Of a DNA stretch of 64,000 nt, positions 34,079 to 45,030 are shown in pieces. This stretch comes from Spizellomyces punctatus DAOM BR117. Lineage: Eukaryota. The position numbers and the translations under genes are program-made. The stretch's first letter is position 1. Every line of letters begins with the position of its first letter. The notes under the pieces were generated by a model. That model did no database searches. It saw nothing but the letters and a program-made list of their open reading frames with translations, and was not told the origin of the DNA. Where the stretch lies: the NCBI GenBank assembly GCA_000182565.2, contig KQ257451.1. The stretch is one strand, 5' to 3'.

Positions 34079-35884
34079 TCAGAAACGCCTAGCGCGGAGA
34101 TTGTACCTTTTTCCGCCGCTCCGGTTTGATGTCGGTGTCGTCTGCGATGTAGGAGCTGTGCTCGGTTGCTGACCTTTTACTGATGATGTCTGGCGCGATG
34201 GTGTGCTGGTAGCTATCGGAACTGTCGCAGGATTGGGTGTAGAGACGCGTTGAGCCGCGCCAAGAGTGGTCCGCACTCGCTGTAATACAGTTGATGATGC
34301 TTGAACCGTTCCGGCCTTGCCATGAACTGTTTGAGCAGTGATTGCAGTATTTGAAGATCTCGGCGGCACTGCGGTGGGGACGGGACGCGAGACTGTGCCA
34401 GCGCCTCGCTGAACCGTGCCAGGTGCATTCGTTGTCGACACACGTCCAGTTGCAGCGGGAGTGGTCAACACTCGATTTGCAACAGTGGAAGAGTTTGATG
34501 ATCGTGGTGGCACCGCCGTCTGAATAGGGCCCGACACTGTATGGCCTGCTCGCGGAGTTTCGCCAGGTGAATTCTGAGGTGTGGGCATGGTGTGCGGTGC
34601 TACTGCTGTCATAATCGGATGTACGATCGTGGACACCTGATTAATCGTTACTTGCCGATTTTGTGACATGGTATGCGTGGCTACTGGCGTCATGATCGGA
34701 TGTACCATTGACGAGACTTGAATCGTTACTTGCCGATTTTGAGACATGATATGCGTGGCTAATGGCGTCATGATCGGATGTACCATTGACGAGACTTGAA
34801 TCGTCACTTGCTGATTTTGAGACATGGTATGCGTGGCTACTGGCGTCATGATCGGATGTATCATTGACGAGACTTGAATCGTCACTTGCCGATTTTGAGA
34901 CATGGTATGCGTGGGGGTGGGCGTCCCTTGGACGTTTGTCTGAATAGGTGGGATATTCTGCGTCGCAATAGGAGATGCCACTGTCGAATGGATCATGGTT
35001 TGATCCGTCGGCACAGCAATCAAGGTCGGGTTTGTCAAAATGCGATTCGGAAGCATGGGATGGGTCGGGGTAGGTGCTAACGTTGACTGACCGACTTGAA
35101 TCGTCTGAACAGGAGGTAGCGGTTGAATACTAGTTGAACCCTGCTGGACTGTGATTATTGTCGAGATGGGCTGAGCAGGCGTCGGTGTTGGTTGGCCATT
35201 ATGAACCCCACTTATAACTACAACTTGCGAAGACGGCGGTATAGCAATTCGTGACGTTTGTGCCCGGCAATTCTGAATCACAGTTGTGGTAATCACTGGA
35301 CAGTTGCATACTGCTGTAGCTGCTGCGGCACCAATCGTAGCTGGAGGGATTATGACGGAAATGTCTTGCAGTGTCGTTGATGTCGGGTTGGACGTAACTG
35401 GGGACACATCTGTCCGGTCAGGCGTGATAATGTTGACGATAGGCGACTGCACTCCAACGGGTCGGGTAGCTGTGACGATCACAGTGTCCAAAGTATTTCC
35501 AGGAATGGGAGTCGGTTGCACTCCAAAAGTCACGATTTGAATTCCACCCTGGGTAGTAGGCGTCCCAATCTGTTCACTGCTCCTAGTAGCAACCTGAATC
35601 GTAGGCTGGGGAGTAGGCGTCCCAATCTGTTCACTGCTCCTAGTAGCAACCTGAATCGTAGGCTGGGGAGTGGGCGTCCCAATCGGTTCACTGCTCCTAG
35701 TAGCAACCTGAATCGTAGGCTGGGGAGTAGGCGTCCCAATCGGTTCGCTGTTCCCAGTAGCAACCTGAATTCCAGGCTGGGGAGTAGGCGTCCCAATCGG
35801 TTCGCTGTTCCCAGTAGCAGTCTGAATCTCAGGCTGGGGAGTAGGCGTCCCATTCTGAACAGATTCACCGTTGCTAGTAGCAGC
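34079..35884 (-). CDS. Thr/Pro/Val/Gln-rich tandem-repeat protein, terminal exon (upstream part lost in or beyond the gap)
   Basis: Open frame of 602 codons from a poly-T...TAG acceptor at 35885 to stop 34079. Confidence 0.75.
   Translation of the reverse strand, partial: AATSNGESVQNGTPTPQPEIQTATGNSEPIGTPTPQPGIQVATGNSEPIGTPTPQPTIQVATRSSEPIGTPTPQPTIQVATRSSEQIGTPTPQPTIQVATRSSEQIGTPTTQGGIQIVTFGVQPTPIPGNTLDTVIVTATRPVGVQSPIVNIITPDRTDVSPVTSNPTSTTLQDISVIIPPATIGAAAATAVCNCPVITTTVIQNCRAQTSRIAIPPSSQVVVISGVHNGQPTPTPAQPISTIITVQQGSTSIQPLPPVQTIQVGQSTLAPTPTHPMLPNRILTNPTLIAVPTDQTMIHSTVASPIATQNIPPIQTNVQGTPTPTHTMSQNRQVTIQVSSMIHPIMTPVATHTMSQNQQVTIQVSSMVHPIMTPLATHIMSQNRQVTIQVSSMVHPIMTPVATHTMSQNRQVTINQVSTIVHPIMTAVAPHTMPTPQNSPGETPRAGHTVSGPIQTAVPPRSSNSSTVANRVLTTPAATGRVSTTNAPGTVQRGAGTVSRPVPTAVPPRSSNTAITAQTVHGKAGTVQASSTVLQRVRTTLGAAQRVSTPNPATVPIATSTPSRQTSSVKGQQPSTAPTSQTTPTSNRSGGKRYNLRARRF
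34600..34915 (-). repeat. 78-bp tandem repeat, about 4 copies (THTMSQNRQVTIQVSSMVHPIMTPVA)
   Basis: gagacatg recurs at 34741, 34819 and 34897 (period 78). Confidence 0.95.
35551..35884 (-). repeat. 57-bp tandem repeat, about 6 copies (PQPTIQVATRSSEQIGTPT)
   Basis: gtaggcgtcccaatc at 35556, 35613 and onward (period 57). Confidence 0.95.
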
Positions 35885-35913
35885 CTACCAAAATTAAAAA
35901 AAAAAAAAACGAA

Positions 35914-36013
35914 NNNNNNNNNNNNNNNNNNNNNNNNNNNNNNNNNNNNNNNNNNNNNNNNNNNNNNNNNNNNNNNNNNNNNNNNNNNNNNNNNNNNNNN
36001 NNNNNNNNNNNNN
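35914..36013. other. Assembly gap (100 N)
   Basis: Run of n. Confidence 1.
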
Positions 36014-37036
36014 AGAGTAGCTAAAAGGGGCCCTAAAAGAATAACTTGGAGAAAAGTCTAAAATTCAAAAGTTCTTGTTTTAAAGTAAGAAAAACCATCG
36101 GGGTGCCCACCAGACTCTTGTCCATTTTATAAAATCCTCTACTCTGCTAAAATCCTCACCCTCCACCCCACCCTATCCACGAACTCACGCTAACCCTCTT
36201 TTCTGACCGTTCAGATCCATTCCCCAAACGGATGCTTTCCCAATGACGTCCACCACCAAAAAGAAAACCTTTTACTCTCCCCACCCAGATTTCTCGTCGT
36301 TGAATAAATAAAAAATAAAATTCGGGAGCCACGGCCTGTTCGGGCAAAGTTTATAACCTAGCTAACGCCTAATCAAGGCTTAGTTATGGATTATGTAAAA
36401 TTGAATGAATTCGTGGTAAGCAATAAGAGATTAAAAATCGCCACGCCTTTAAAGAAATCCTGTGACATTGCAACAAAAGTTATCGTACAATGGCCACTCT
36501 TTCTAATATCGCAAAGAAATGAAAAAAAAGAAATTTCAACAGCCTTCTGCAAACGACTCGGAGGTCCTTTAGATGTTTGATTATACTCTGAGCAATAGAG
36601 TGCCACAATGCATTGGGAGACGGCTTTTTTGCAAAGATTCTTGTCGCATATAAACGGTTGGCAACGTGGTGATGACGGCAAATTCAAAGAGCATCAACAT
36701 ATAATTACAGATAATCCCTGTTTTGGGTCGCTCACCCAGACTTCCTACAATACAATTAGATTCCTCGCCCACCTCCACAAAAAAAATAAAACAGAAAAAA
36801 ATATATATCGCACACTAAACGCAACGATATGGAGGGTAATATACGCAATCACATTGTGCCAGCCAAAAATCCCTTTCCATGATCCATCCAGACACCTGTG
36901 CCTTCACTCTCGAGCCCAATCATAATTACTAGGGCAAGATGTCCTCCTCGTATACTCCTCCTTCATTATAGACAATATCTTTTTCCTCACCATGCACCAT
37001 GCACCATGCACATAAAACAGGAAATGTGTGAACCCG

Positions 37037-38641
37037 TTAGAAACCATGTCGCGTGGTCTCCACGCCGGTCATTGGATCTCCGCTCGTATTTGCGGAGCCA
37101 CCAGGTTCCCAGTCCATGTCCATCGTATCTATCTTTGGAGATGATCCTGCAGAGTACGACTTTCCATTGGATGCAGCTGCCCCAACAACACCTTCCAGAC
37201 TTCCAGCTCGTCGGGAATAATCCGTGTCCGGCGTCCAATTTGAATGTGCGAGGAACATTGGCGGTAATTTGGAAACGGGGGCAGAGGTAGCGGAATTGGT
37301 GGAATCATGAGAAGGGGAAAAGTGGTGATGTCCGTGAGAGTGATCGGGTTTGGGTGGAGGCAGAACAAGTCCTTCACGAGGACTACCGCTTCGGGCAGCT
37401 CCGTCGATGAGCCCGATCGGCAAGGACCTGACACTTGGTGCTCTCAGGGGCGTTGTGTTTTGAGGTCGTGCTTGTCTGTCAATATCAGGAGGTGCAGTCA
37501 TGACGGAAAAGGCCGATATAATGGATGGAGACCGATGTAATTGTGGTGGTGATGCCCGAGGAGATCCGCTGTGTGCACGATTTAAATTTGCACTTCCGTG
37601 GGACGTACCGGACATGTTGGGACTTTGGGACGGAAATATATTTGCATCCTGCTGCACACCAGGCATGACTACCTGGTATCCCTTATGGATGTTGTCGTTT
37701 AAGGTGTCCGATCGCTCGCCTTCATCCGGTCTCCCTGAACTGCCAAAAGATCTAATTGACTGATTGTCCATCGACAATATCGACTGATTATCGTAGGACC
37801 GTGTGTCATATGATCGATATGAGCGCCCGTCGTCCATGGAGCTGATGGAATAAATGCTCATCTGCTTGCCAGAATCATGGGACGGTCTCGGGAAGTCATC
37901 ATAGGAGCGCTTATTCTGGGCTGTTTCATAACGATATGGCGAGGCATCCCGATGATGCCGAGGTCGGTGCTTGGAAATGGGGACGTATGTTGGACGGAAT
38001 TCCGAGCTGGACTGCGATGCTAGCGAAGCGGCACTAAAGGACGAGACGGAGGATCGTATCGATGAGGCGGAAGATTGCGGGTGTTCAGGCATGAACTCTG
38101 GGTATATATCGGTAGAAATAACCACATCAGCAAACATGGGCAGCTCGGCAGGACTTTCGAGTTTCTTTGTTTGCAGCTCCTCTCGAGTGTAGTACGAGAC
38201 CAAATGCTGTTTCCGACCATCGGATGTGGTGATGGAGATGGCCTTTTTGGTCAAACCATCCTCTTTGATGACGTACTCTACTTTTTCTTCTGCCGCACCG
38301 GGCATTTTATGCTTCCGGGCTTCCACTTCACGGTATATCAAGAAACTGCCGTTGATACGGCTCGGTGACCAATGCTTTCCATCAGTCCATCTGATTGATA
38401 AAAATTTTGATTGAGATAAATTCAGCACGGTGAACGTGGGAAATGTGCCCATAACACACCTTTTAATTCCACTTTCTTCTTCGTCCCAGACAAAGACTGA
38501 ACCAGATCGAACATATGCAAGACGCTCGGACTCTGACAATCTTCTTTGAACTCTTTTGAGGCGCTGGAGACGACAAGCCTCAAACAAGAGTAGAGCGTCG
38601 TTCGGCGAGTTTACAAAACCGTGAAAACTCTCCATTGTCAT
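37037..38641 (-). CDS. Gti1/Pac2 (WOPR) family transcription factor, one intron (38391-38459)
   Basis: MTMESFHGFVNSPNDALLLFEACR...RRLSESER...RSGSVFVWDEEESGIKR|WTDGKHWSPSRINGSFLIYRE...GLTKKAISI...QHLVSYY. Confidence 0.95.
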   Translation of the reverse strand: MTMESFHGFVNSPNDALLLFEACRLQRLKRVQRRLSESERLAYVRSGSVFVWDEEESGIKRCVMGTFPTFTVLNLSQSKFLSIRWTDGKHWSPSRINGSFLIYREVEARKHKMPGAAEEKVEYVIKEDGLTKKAISITTSDGRKQHLVSYYTREELQTKKLESPAELPMFADVVISTDIYPEFMPEHPQSSASSIRSSVSSFSAASLASQSSSEFRPTYVPISKHRPRHHRDASPYRYETAQNKRSYDDFPRPSHDSGKQMSIYSISSMDDGRSYRSYDTRSYDNQSILSMDNQSIRSFGSSGRPDEGERSDTLNDNIHKGYQVVMPGVQQDANIFPSQSPNMSGTSHGSANLNRAHSGSPRASPPQLHRSPSIISAFSVMTAPPDIDRQARPQNTTPLRAPSVRSLPIGLIDGAARSGSPREGLVLPPPKPDHSHGHHHFSPSHDSTNSATSAPVSKLPPMFLAHSNWTPDTDYSRRAGSLEGVVGAAASNGKSYSAGSSPKIDTMDMDWEPGGSANTSGDPMTGVETTRHGF

Positions 38642-40089
38642 TTTAGACAAGTTCGTTGACAAGAATTTCAATTCCTGTGGAATCGCTCACTCATGCAACA
38701 GATGGACGGCTGGTTACCGGCAAAAATTATAGGAATTAGCCACTGTGCCAAGCAAGCAGGACTAAACGGTGGCGCAGGTGTGAATTCCCAGCATGCAAAA
38801 TGAGACTGCGCAAAAGCACCTTTCAGCGAAGAATAAGCCGCCGAGACGGCAAAAGCGAGTAGGAGAGGAAAAGTGCCTGTGCCGACAAAAAGAGTGCAAA
38901 TGACATTCATTGTCAGACATGAGACACTTTACGTCGGTCGCTGGCATAGGCACACCTTATATGTAGCCGATATTGTTGATGATGCTCCACAAAGGCGAAA
39001 AGGTGATACCGTCGTTTGTCAAAAGAGTCCTCAAAGGCTGTTGTTAAATGCGGCGCTAAACGAGCGGTGGGAGTAAATCGCGGGAATGGGTAGAATGCGA
39101 GGTTGATTGCCAAAACAAGTTGAAACCCGAATTCTCCTAGTTCCTCTCTTTTGTGTGTCTTGTATGGAAAGACCCAATGTACCCTGCCACTACACACACC
39201 GTACGTAGACTAGTAGAACAAGAGTTGCCTTGCAAAGTGATGCTGATGATGAAGAAAACCTCAAAATACGAAATGCAGCCCAACCAAGAAAAAAAACCAG
39301 CCAGGCCAAAATCAAAAGGACGAGGGCGGGAGGGGGGAAAAGCCGTGTGGATTTCTCCTGTTGATATGGGGACAACAACAGAAACTCTATTCAGAAGGGA
39401 GTTGTATCCATAACTCAAGCAAGTGGGCGCGACCTTCTATATATGGTAACAATATATACAAACTCGACGTGAGGCGCAGGGTCAAGCTGCAACCAAAAGA
39501 GGCGCGTCACGGACTGTGTGAAGAACTTTATGGTAATTCAGGGTGTGTTTACCATTGCCGCCTGTAAGGTTATCGGCGAATGATTGGATTGATTACGTAA
39601 GACAACTGGGATATGACTTTGCAAGCTCCAGTTGCCATTGCAGCAACCGAACAAGCAGAGTGCAACTGCAGCAGGATATGGGGCCGGCGACTCTTTTTTT
39701 TGCTTGCAAAGTCCACTGCCCCCCATCTGGACAGTCAAAACGAATGCCATCATTTGCGGTGAGCCAATAAGCAAAAGAAAGGGCGGGGAGCCCGAGTCAC
39801 TTGGACGCGTTAAGAAGGTTAAAGTTTCATTGAGCAATATTCCCGCTGTGACACTGCATTATGCCACGGTATTGGAGAAATATTTTGACATTGAAAAAAA
39901 AGGATATACCCTGCCTATCCCCAGAACATAGTGTGGAGGCGATTGAAAATGGCACTAGGACGCATTATTATCCGGATTAATCCGGTTAATCATATCGCAT
40001 AATCAGAACCCCCCTCTATCGCTCAGATTGGTGTGGCATGTATTGTAATGTTTTTTTTTTAAACTGCGGTGAGGCGCATGCCAAAGGTC

Positions 40090-40096
40090 TATAAAA
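40090..40096 (+). promoter_or_regulatory. TATA box followed by a pyrimidine-rich tract
   Basis: TATAAAA then ccttttccctctttcctctttaccc, about 100 nt before ATG 40197. Confidence 0.6.
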
Positions 40097-40196
40097 GGGG
40101 GGCCTTTTCCCTCTTTCCTCTTTACCCATCCTCGACTCGAAGCATCTGCGCAACGCTCATTGCGACCCACACAACCTCATCGCGACTCGGTCAACC

Positions 40197-40548
40197 ATGA
40201 GAACGCTGATGTGGTGGTGTCGAGGACCTCGACCGCCCGACAGCAACCGTGATCAGAACCAGCGGCAACCAATCGGATCCGATAACAAAGCCTACTATTA
40301 TACTGCCACATTAGTTGAGCTTGGTTGGTATGTATTGATGGCATTTCTTGCATTTCTTGTCATCGGGTCACCTCGCTGACATGCAAGTTTTTTTTAGTCT
40401 CCAAGCCTTGTCACTGAAAATCCACCAGCTTGTGACGCTGCCCAGTCGATTCGCTCCTGGATGCAAGAGTCTGGCTTCAATGCCATCAAGAGTTCTGGAT
40501 CAAGGCCTAGTAGGGACCACGTGTAGTGGTGGGCAGTTATCCGGTTAG
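40197..40548 (+). CDS. Orphan small spliced ORF (93 aa) or spliced non-coding transcript
   Basis: aaccATG; intron 40328-40397 (GTATGT...GCTGAC...TTTTTTTTAG) joins two ORFs in frame. Confidence 0.4.
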
Positions 40549-41204
40549 AACAACCGTTACGTATTGCGTGTATAATTGCCTAGTAGTAGTTAGTTACCTT
40601 TTCCGAACCGGTTGTCGCCGGTTTATTCCCTGGTGTAGTAGCTAGTGCCAGTTTCTGTCACCTCTACACTAAACAATGTACAGACGGAAAACAGAAACAA
40701 AAATTGTACATGAAAAACGTACATATATGAGAGATAGCATGAACAAGCAACCGAGTCACGGCCAAGATATGGTGCCGACGGGTAAAGATAAAATGTTGGC
40801 AACCTCACAAAAACTACACAAGTAGTCGATCAAACCAAAGTGTGGCCGCACCCTCTTGAAAAGAATACATTGATGCCTAAACGCAGTTGCAAACCATGAA
40901 CCACTGGAAGGTTGACCACATATGTGAGGAAAAGGGCTGCCAAACTCTATACCTTTTGGTGCGCACAGTATGCCAATTCAAAAGACATTGGCCTGGCCTG
41001 CGGCTACTGCGCGCACGTGGCAAGGTCGCGTTCGGCTTACATACGCGTGGCCTACTTACAAGACCGCTGGATCGTCAAGTTGGCATGTCTTTGACCGCAA
41101 CATACTGACCAGTTACCCAGGGCCGCATGCCGCCCCGCAGCGCATCGTTCAACACGACCGACCATACTCAGGGTCTCACACCACCCCGTAGCGCATCTTT
41201 TACC

Positions 41205-42895
41205 ATGCTCGACCAGCTTGGTAAAAAAGGGGAAGCGACAATGATGGCGATTCCACGAGATGTACGCATCAAGTATCCCATTCGACCGGCTGCCAATGCG
41301 GCAGAAGGTGTTCTCAAGACTGCTGTCATGGGAGATGACGGGGCGGATGAGCGAACGAGAAGCTTCCAAGTGAGTTTTGGTTATGTGGAAACTCTAGTTA
41401 ATCTAGACCTCCTCACCTCTTTGCATAACGTAGATAAAGGCAAAACTCCTTGCGGCCCTTACAGTCCTCATCATATACGTCATGTTCTGGTCTCGCCTTG
41501 CATTGGCCATCCCTCTTCCACCGTCCCAAATCCTATCACTGTTCCTTCCAGTCCTATTGGGTGGTTTGGTCCGACCATTGACACCTTACCCACTGCTTGC
41601 CATGCTGCTAACGGGTCTAGTTCTCCGCAACCTCCTTCCTAATTGGGTTGGAAACCCACCACATCAAATCGCAAAAGCATTCTTTTCTTTTGCTCTATCA
41701 ACGGTAGTTTCAAGAGCTGGATTGGCAATTTCATTATCGACATTTATCTCTCATGTACGTGCCACGCTGGCTGTCGGAGTTCTACCTGTGATTGTCGAAG
41801 CAGGATGGTTGAGCATACTTTCACATGGAGTGTTTGGTTTACCCTGGGAATGGGCTTTCATACTTGGGACGGGCGTCGCTAGTGTGAGCCCTGGTGTCGT
41901 TGTTCCCCTGCTGTTGGGTCTTGTAGACGGGGGTGATGCTCGATGGAAATCAAATAGGACTGTCAGGATTCTGTTGGCGGCGACTGGAGTGGATGTTTTA
42001 ATTGCGACAACCGCATTTGGAGTTGCTGTTGCGGTTGTGGAAGGTGTGCTAGAGGGGCGTGGCATTGGGCGATGGTGGGTCGTGAGAGGGCTCTTGGAGG
42101 TGGGAATGGGCGTGAGCGTGGGAGCAATTTTGGGCGTATTGGCCTGGTCACTCAAAAAGTGGATCGGAAGGGACGTGATCCTGTTTTGCCTTTCTACAGC
42201 TTGGATGATGGGAGCCAAGGCCTGGCGGTTTCCGGGGGCTGCTACGTGTGGGACCATCTGCGCTTGGGCCGTCGCTGGCAACGTATGGAGCAAGGGGGAT
42301 GTGGAAAGGGCTGACAAACGGTATGTTGGGCGTGCTCTTCCGAAACAATGCTTTGCAACGCATCTCATGCTCTTCCCTCAGGTTAAAAACAGTCTGGTAT
42401 TGCGCAGAACCATTTCTCTTTCCTGTCATTGGTGCATCCATTTCTCTCGCCTCGTTCGATACGCCCACACTTGTCCTGTCTCTCACCTGTGTGGCATGCT
42501 CCATATGCATCAAACTCTCGACAGCATATGTAGCAGCACGGTGGGGCGGACTGGATAAAGATGAAGCAACGTTCTTGTCTGGGGTGTGGACGGGAAAGGC
42601 TAGCGTACAGGTAAACCCCTGCGCAGACGGCTTCGTTATTGCCTGCAGCGGCATTGACAATATTGCTTGCTTCCCATAGGCGGCATTGAGTAGCACACCG
42701 CTGACACTGATTCAAACCTACCACCTCGAATCTGAACCAGACTTTGCCTATGCTCACATTGTGTTTGCGGGTATGGTCAGTGCGATCCTAATTGGCGCTC
42801 CCATAGCGTCTGGGTGGGTCGCCATGTATCGGAATAACGAGGGAAAACAAAAAGAGATGGCTCATGCTACGGTGATTGGCGATGAAGTCGTGTGA
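41205..42895 (+). CDS. Na+/H+ antiporter, NHA2/SLC9B-like, multi-exon
   Basis: PLLAMLLTGLVLRNL, VSRAGLAI, ASVSPGVVVPLLL, LLAATGVDVL, WYCAEPFLFPVIGASI, WTGKASVQAAL, AILIGAPI. Confidence 0.88.
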
Positions 42896-43133
42896 TATAG
42901 AATGAGACGGTTGTGAGCTAGTTCTTGGGTGCAAAATAAAATGAGATCGCTTCATAGAGAATGTGAAGCGCAAAGTATCTAGAGCGCAATCAAATAGACT
43001 GGTTTTTAATATTCCTGGTTAAAGATATCATCTTTTCTATCAATTGTTTAAAGAGACTAATGTCCAATCTAACATATATATATATATCCAAATTCACAAA
43101 GCATTAAAGGTATCCAAGATTGTAACGAAGAGC

Positions 43134-44153
43134 TCAGCGCGACGGTAGTTCGCTTGCATCTTTCCATGCAAACCTGTACACCCTATACCTCTGCTTTTCA
43201 ACCTTGTCCAAAAGCTCATCAGCCCAAACCCAAGTGCCCACGAATCCAAACGCCTCCATATTCTTTTCGAAATCACTTATCGCAGAAAAAAACTGCGGTC
43301 TAATTCGGTTGACAATGACCGCCTGTTTGGGTTCCGCTGAAAGAGAGTTGACAAAAATGGTGTGTATCACTTTGGGAAGAATGCGAGCGTGCTCTGGGGC
43401 ATAGATAACATCCGCGGCAAGAACCGTGCTGATGAATTGACTGTGGGTAGGTGGGTTGTTCCAGTCTAATACTTGAAAGGAGACACGCTCTTCGACGTTG
43501 TTGAGACGAGCATTTTTAAGTGCTGTTTCAAGGATAATCGGATGAAAATCTGTCGCAGTAATGTGGGTAGTAGGTGGTAAAACCATGGCGGCTAGAATCG
43601 AGGTCAACCCCGTCCCGCAGCCAAGCTCAAGGATGTTGGTAGGATAGGGCGGAAACAAGTGAGATGCGTCAATCAGACGAGACAGGACAAGGCCAGCATT
43701 CCATATTTGGGTCCCGATCTCGACGTCTGAACCTGTTCGGCTTGCGCTTGGTTCAGACAGTTTCAAGGTGGCATGAGTAAATGACCATGATTCTATATCT
43801 GACTCGCACGGCGAAACGTCATCCGACGGCTTGTCATTCAACCACTCTTCCAATACCCCTGCTGTCCGCTCGAGCGCCTCAACAATGCATTTACTTTCTT
43901 CCTCTTTTTCCACATGCAGTGTCTCCAACTCCTCCATCCGCCTGAATAGCCACTTTTTGATACCTTCCACAGCAATCTGATGCTCGATACGGCCGTCATC
44001 TACCGGTTCCCCGTCGCCATATCCAGAGTCTGTATCGTTTATCGTACATGCAGGGATGAAGCGGGATTGGATGTTGGATAAAATTGCAATGTAAGGAGCA
44101 ATGTCGGAGATGGATCGGATCGTTGCCTGTGGGGGGAACGGAAGAAGGGACAT
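43134..44153 (-). CDS. Seven-beta-strand protein-lysine methyltransferase (Methyltransf_16, Efm2-like), intronless
   Basis: IGTQIWNAGLVLS, ILELGCGTGLTSI, ITATDF, LDWN, VLAADVIY. Confidence 0.9.
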   Translation of the reverse strand: MSLLPFPPQATIRSISDIAPYIAILSNIQSRFIPACTINDTDSGYGDGEPVDDGRIEHQIAVEGIKKWLFRRMEELETLHVEKEEESKCIVEALERTAGVLEEWLNDKPSDDVSPCESDIESWSFTHATLKLSEPSASRTGSDVEIGTQIWNAGLVLSRLIDASHLFPPYPTNILELGCGTGLTSILAAMVLPPTTHITATDFHPIILETALKNARLNNVEERVSFQVLDWNNPPTHSQFISTVLAADVIYAPEHARILPKVIHTIFVNSLSAEPKQAVIVNRIRPQFFSAISDFEKNMEAFGFVGTWVWADELLDKVEKQRYRVYRFAWKDASELPSR

Positions 44154-45030
44154 TGGTAGGGCGACGGGCCGCGATGGACGGCAGAGGCAAACTCGATCGT
44201 CTGGCTGCGGGTATCATTTTTTACTCTTTTTTTTTTTGTTGCAGCCAACTGCGTGCAGATCCAAAAATAGAATTCAAAAAAGTTCGGATAAACAAAATGA
44301 AGAAATTAATTTCCCAATTCTTAAATTAAATAATATCCACGTGATCTATCAACCACACGGAGCGCTCCATCCCCCCAACGACCGCGGTGAAAACGTTGGG
44401 ATGGCCAGCAATCTACGAGTCGCAGCATTTCAAGGCACGTTCCAAGTGGAACTCAAGCTGAAAGCAATAATGAGCATCTGCCAATTTCGTTCGTCCTTTT
44501 CACCGACGCAGTCATTGACGAGTAGATACTTTTATGCCAACGGAGAATGGGATGCAGCAACATGGCTTCCTGACAACGAGTCTCAAGCTGTGAAATTGCT
44601 CAAACTAGCAAAGAAACAGGAAAACAGTTCCAACTTGCAAAAGAATGGAGCATTAGACCACAACGGTGCCGTCATAGCAACAGCGTGTGTGACCTTACTG
44701 GAGACAGTTGCCAAAACTCAACTGATGCTTAATTCTGCATGTTTATCCAATTGACCATTGCCCGTATCCAAGGAGGTAGGCGTTCATCCTTGTGATAGTA
44801 CGCATAGTGCTAGCTTTATCAAGCCCTGGTTTCACGGTTATCCATGATCCGTGATTCTGCTCGCATGATCTACACGTTCAAGTGAAGGGGATCTTACGGC
44901 CGCTTCTGCTTCTTTATTGCTGCTCATGCCAAGTCTCTTAAGGGCTACGAATTTGCGGAGCTGTAGGATTTCCAAAGTTGTATTCCCCTCTGCCAATCGT
45001 CCGCGCTGGTTCTCTTCCACCTTTGTCAAA

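Noticed and set aside
35516-36061. ORF-track repeat proteins (RRPNLFTAPSSNLN..., NRLGRLLPSLRFRLLLG...) or a CRISPR-like array
   Set aside because: These are alternative frames of the 57-bp coding repeat. Units are contiguous with no unique spacers.
5958-38641. A functional cAMP/carbon-signalling gene cluster (CYR1, 7TM, RDS2-like, Gti1/Pac2)
   Set aside because: The genes are spread over 30 kb with unrelated genes between them, and no synteny evidence is available
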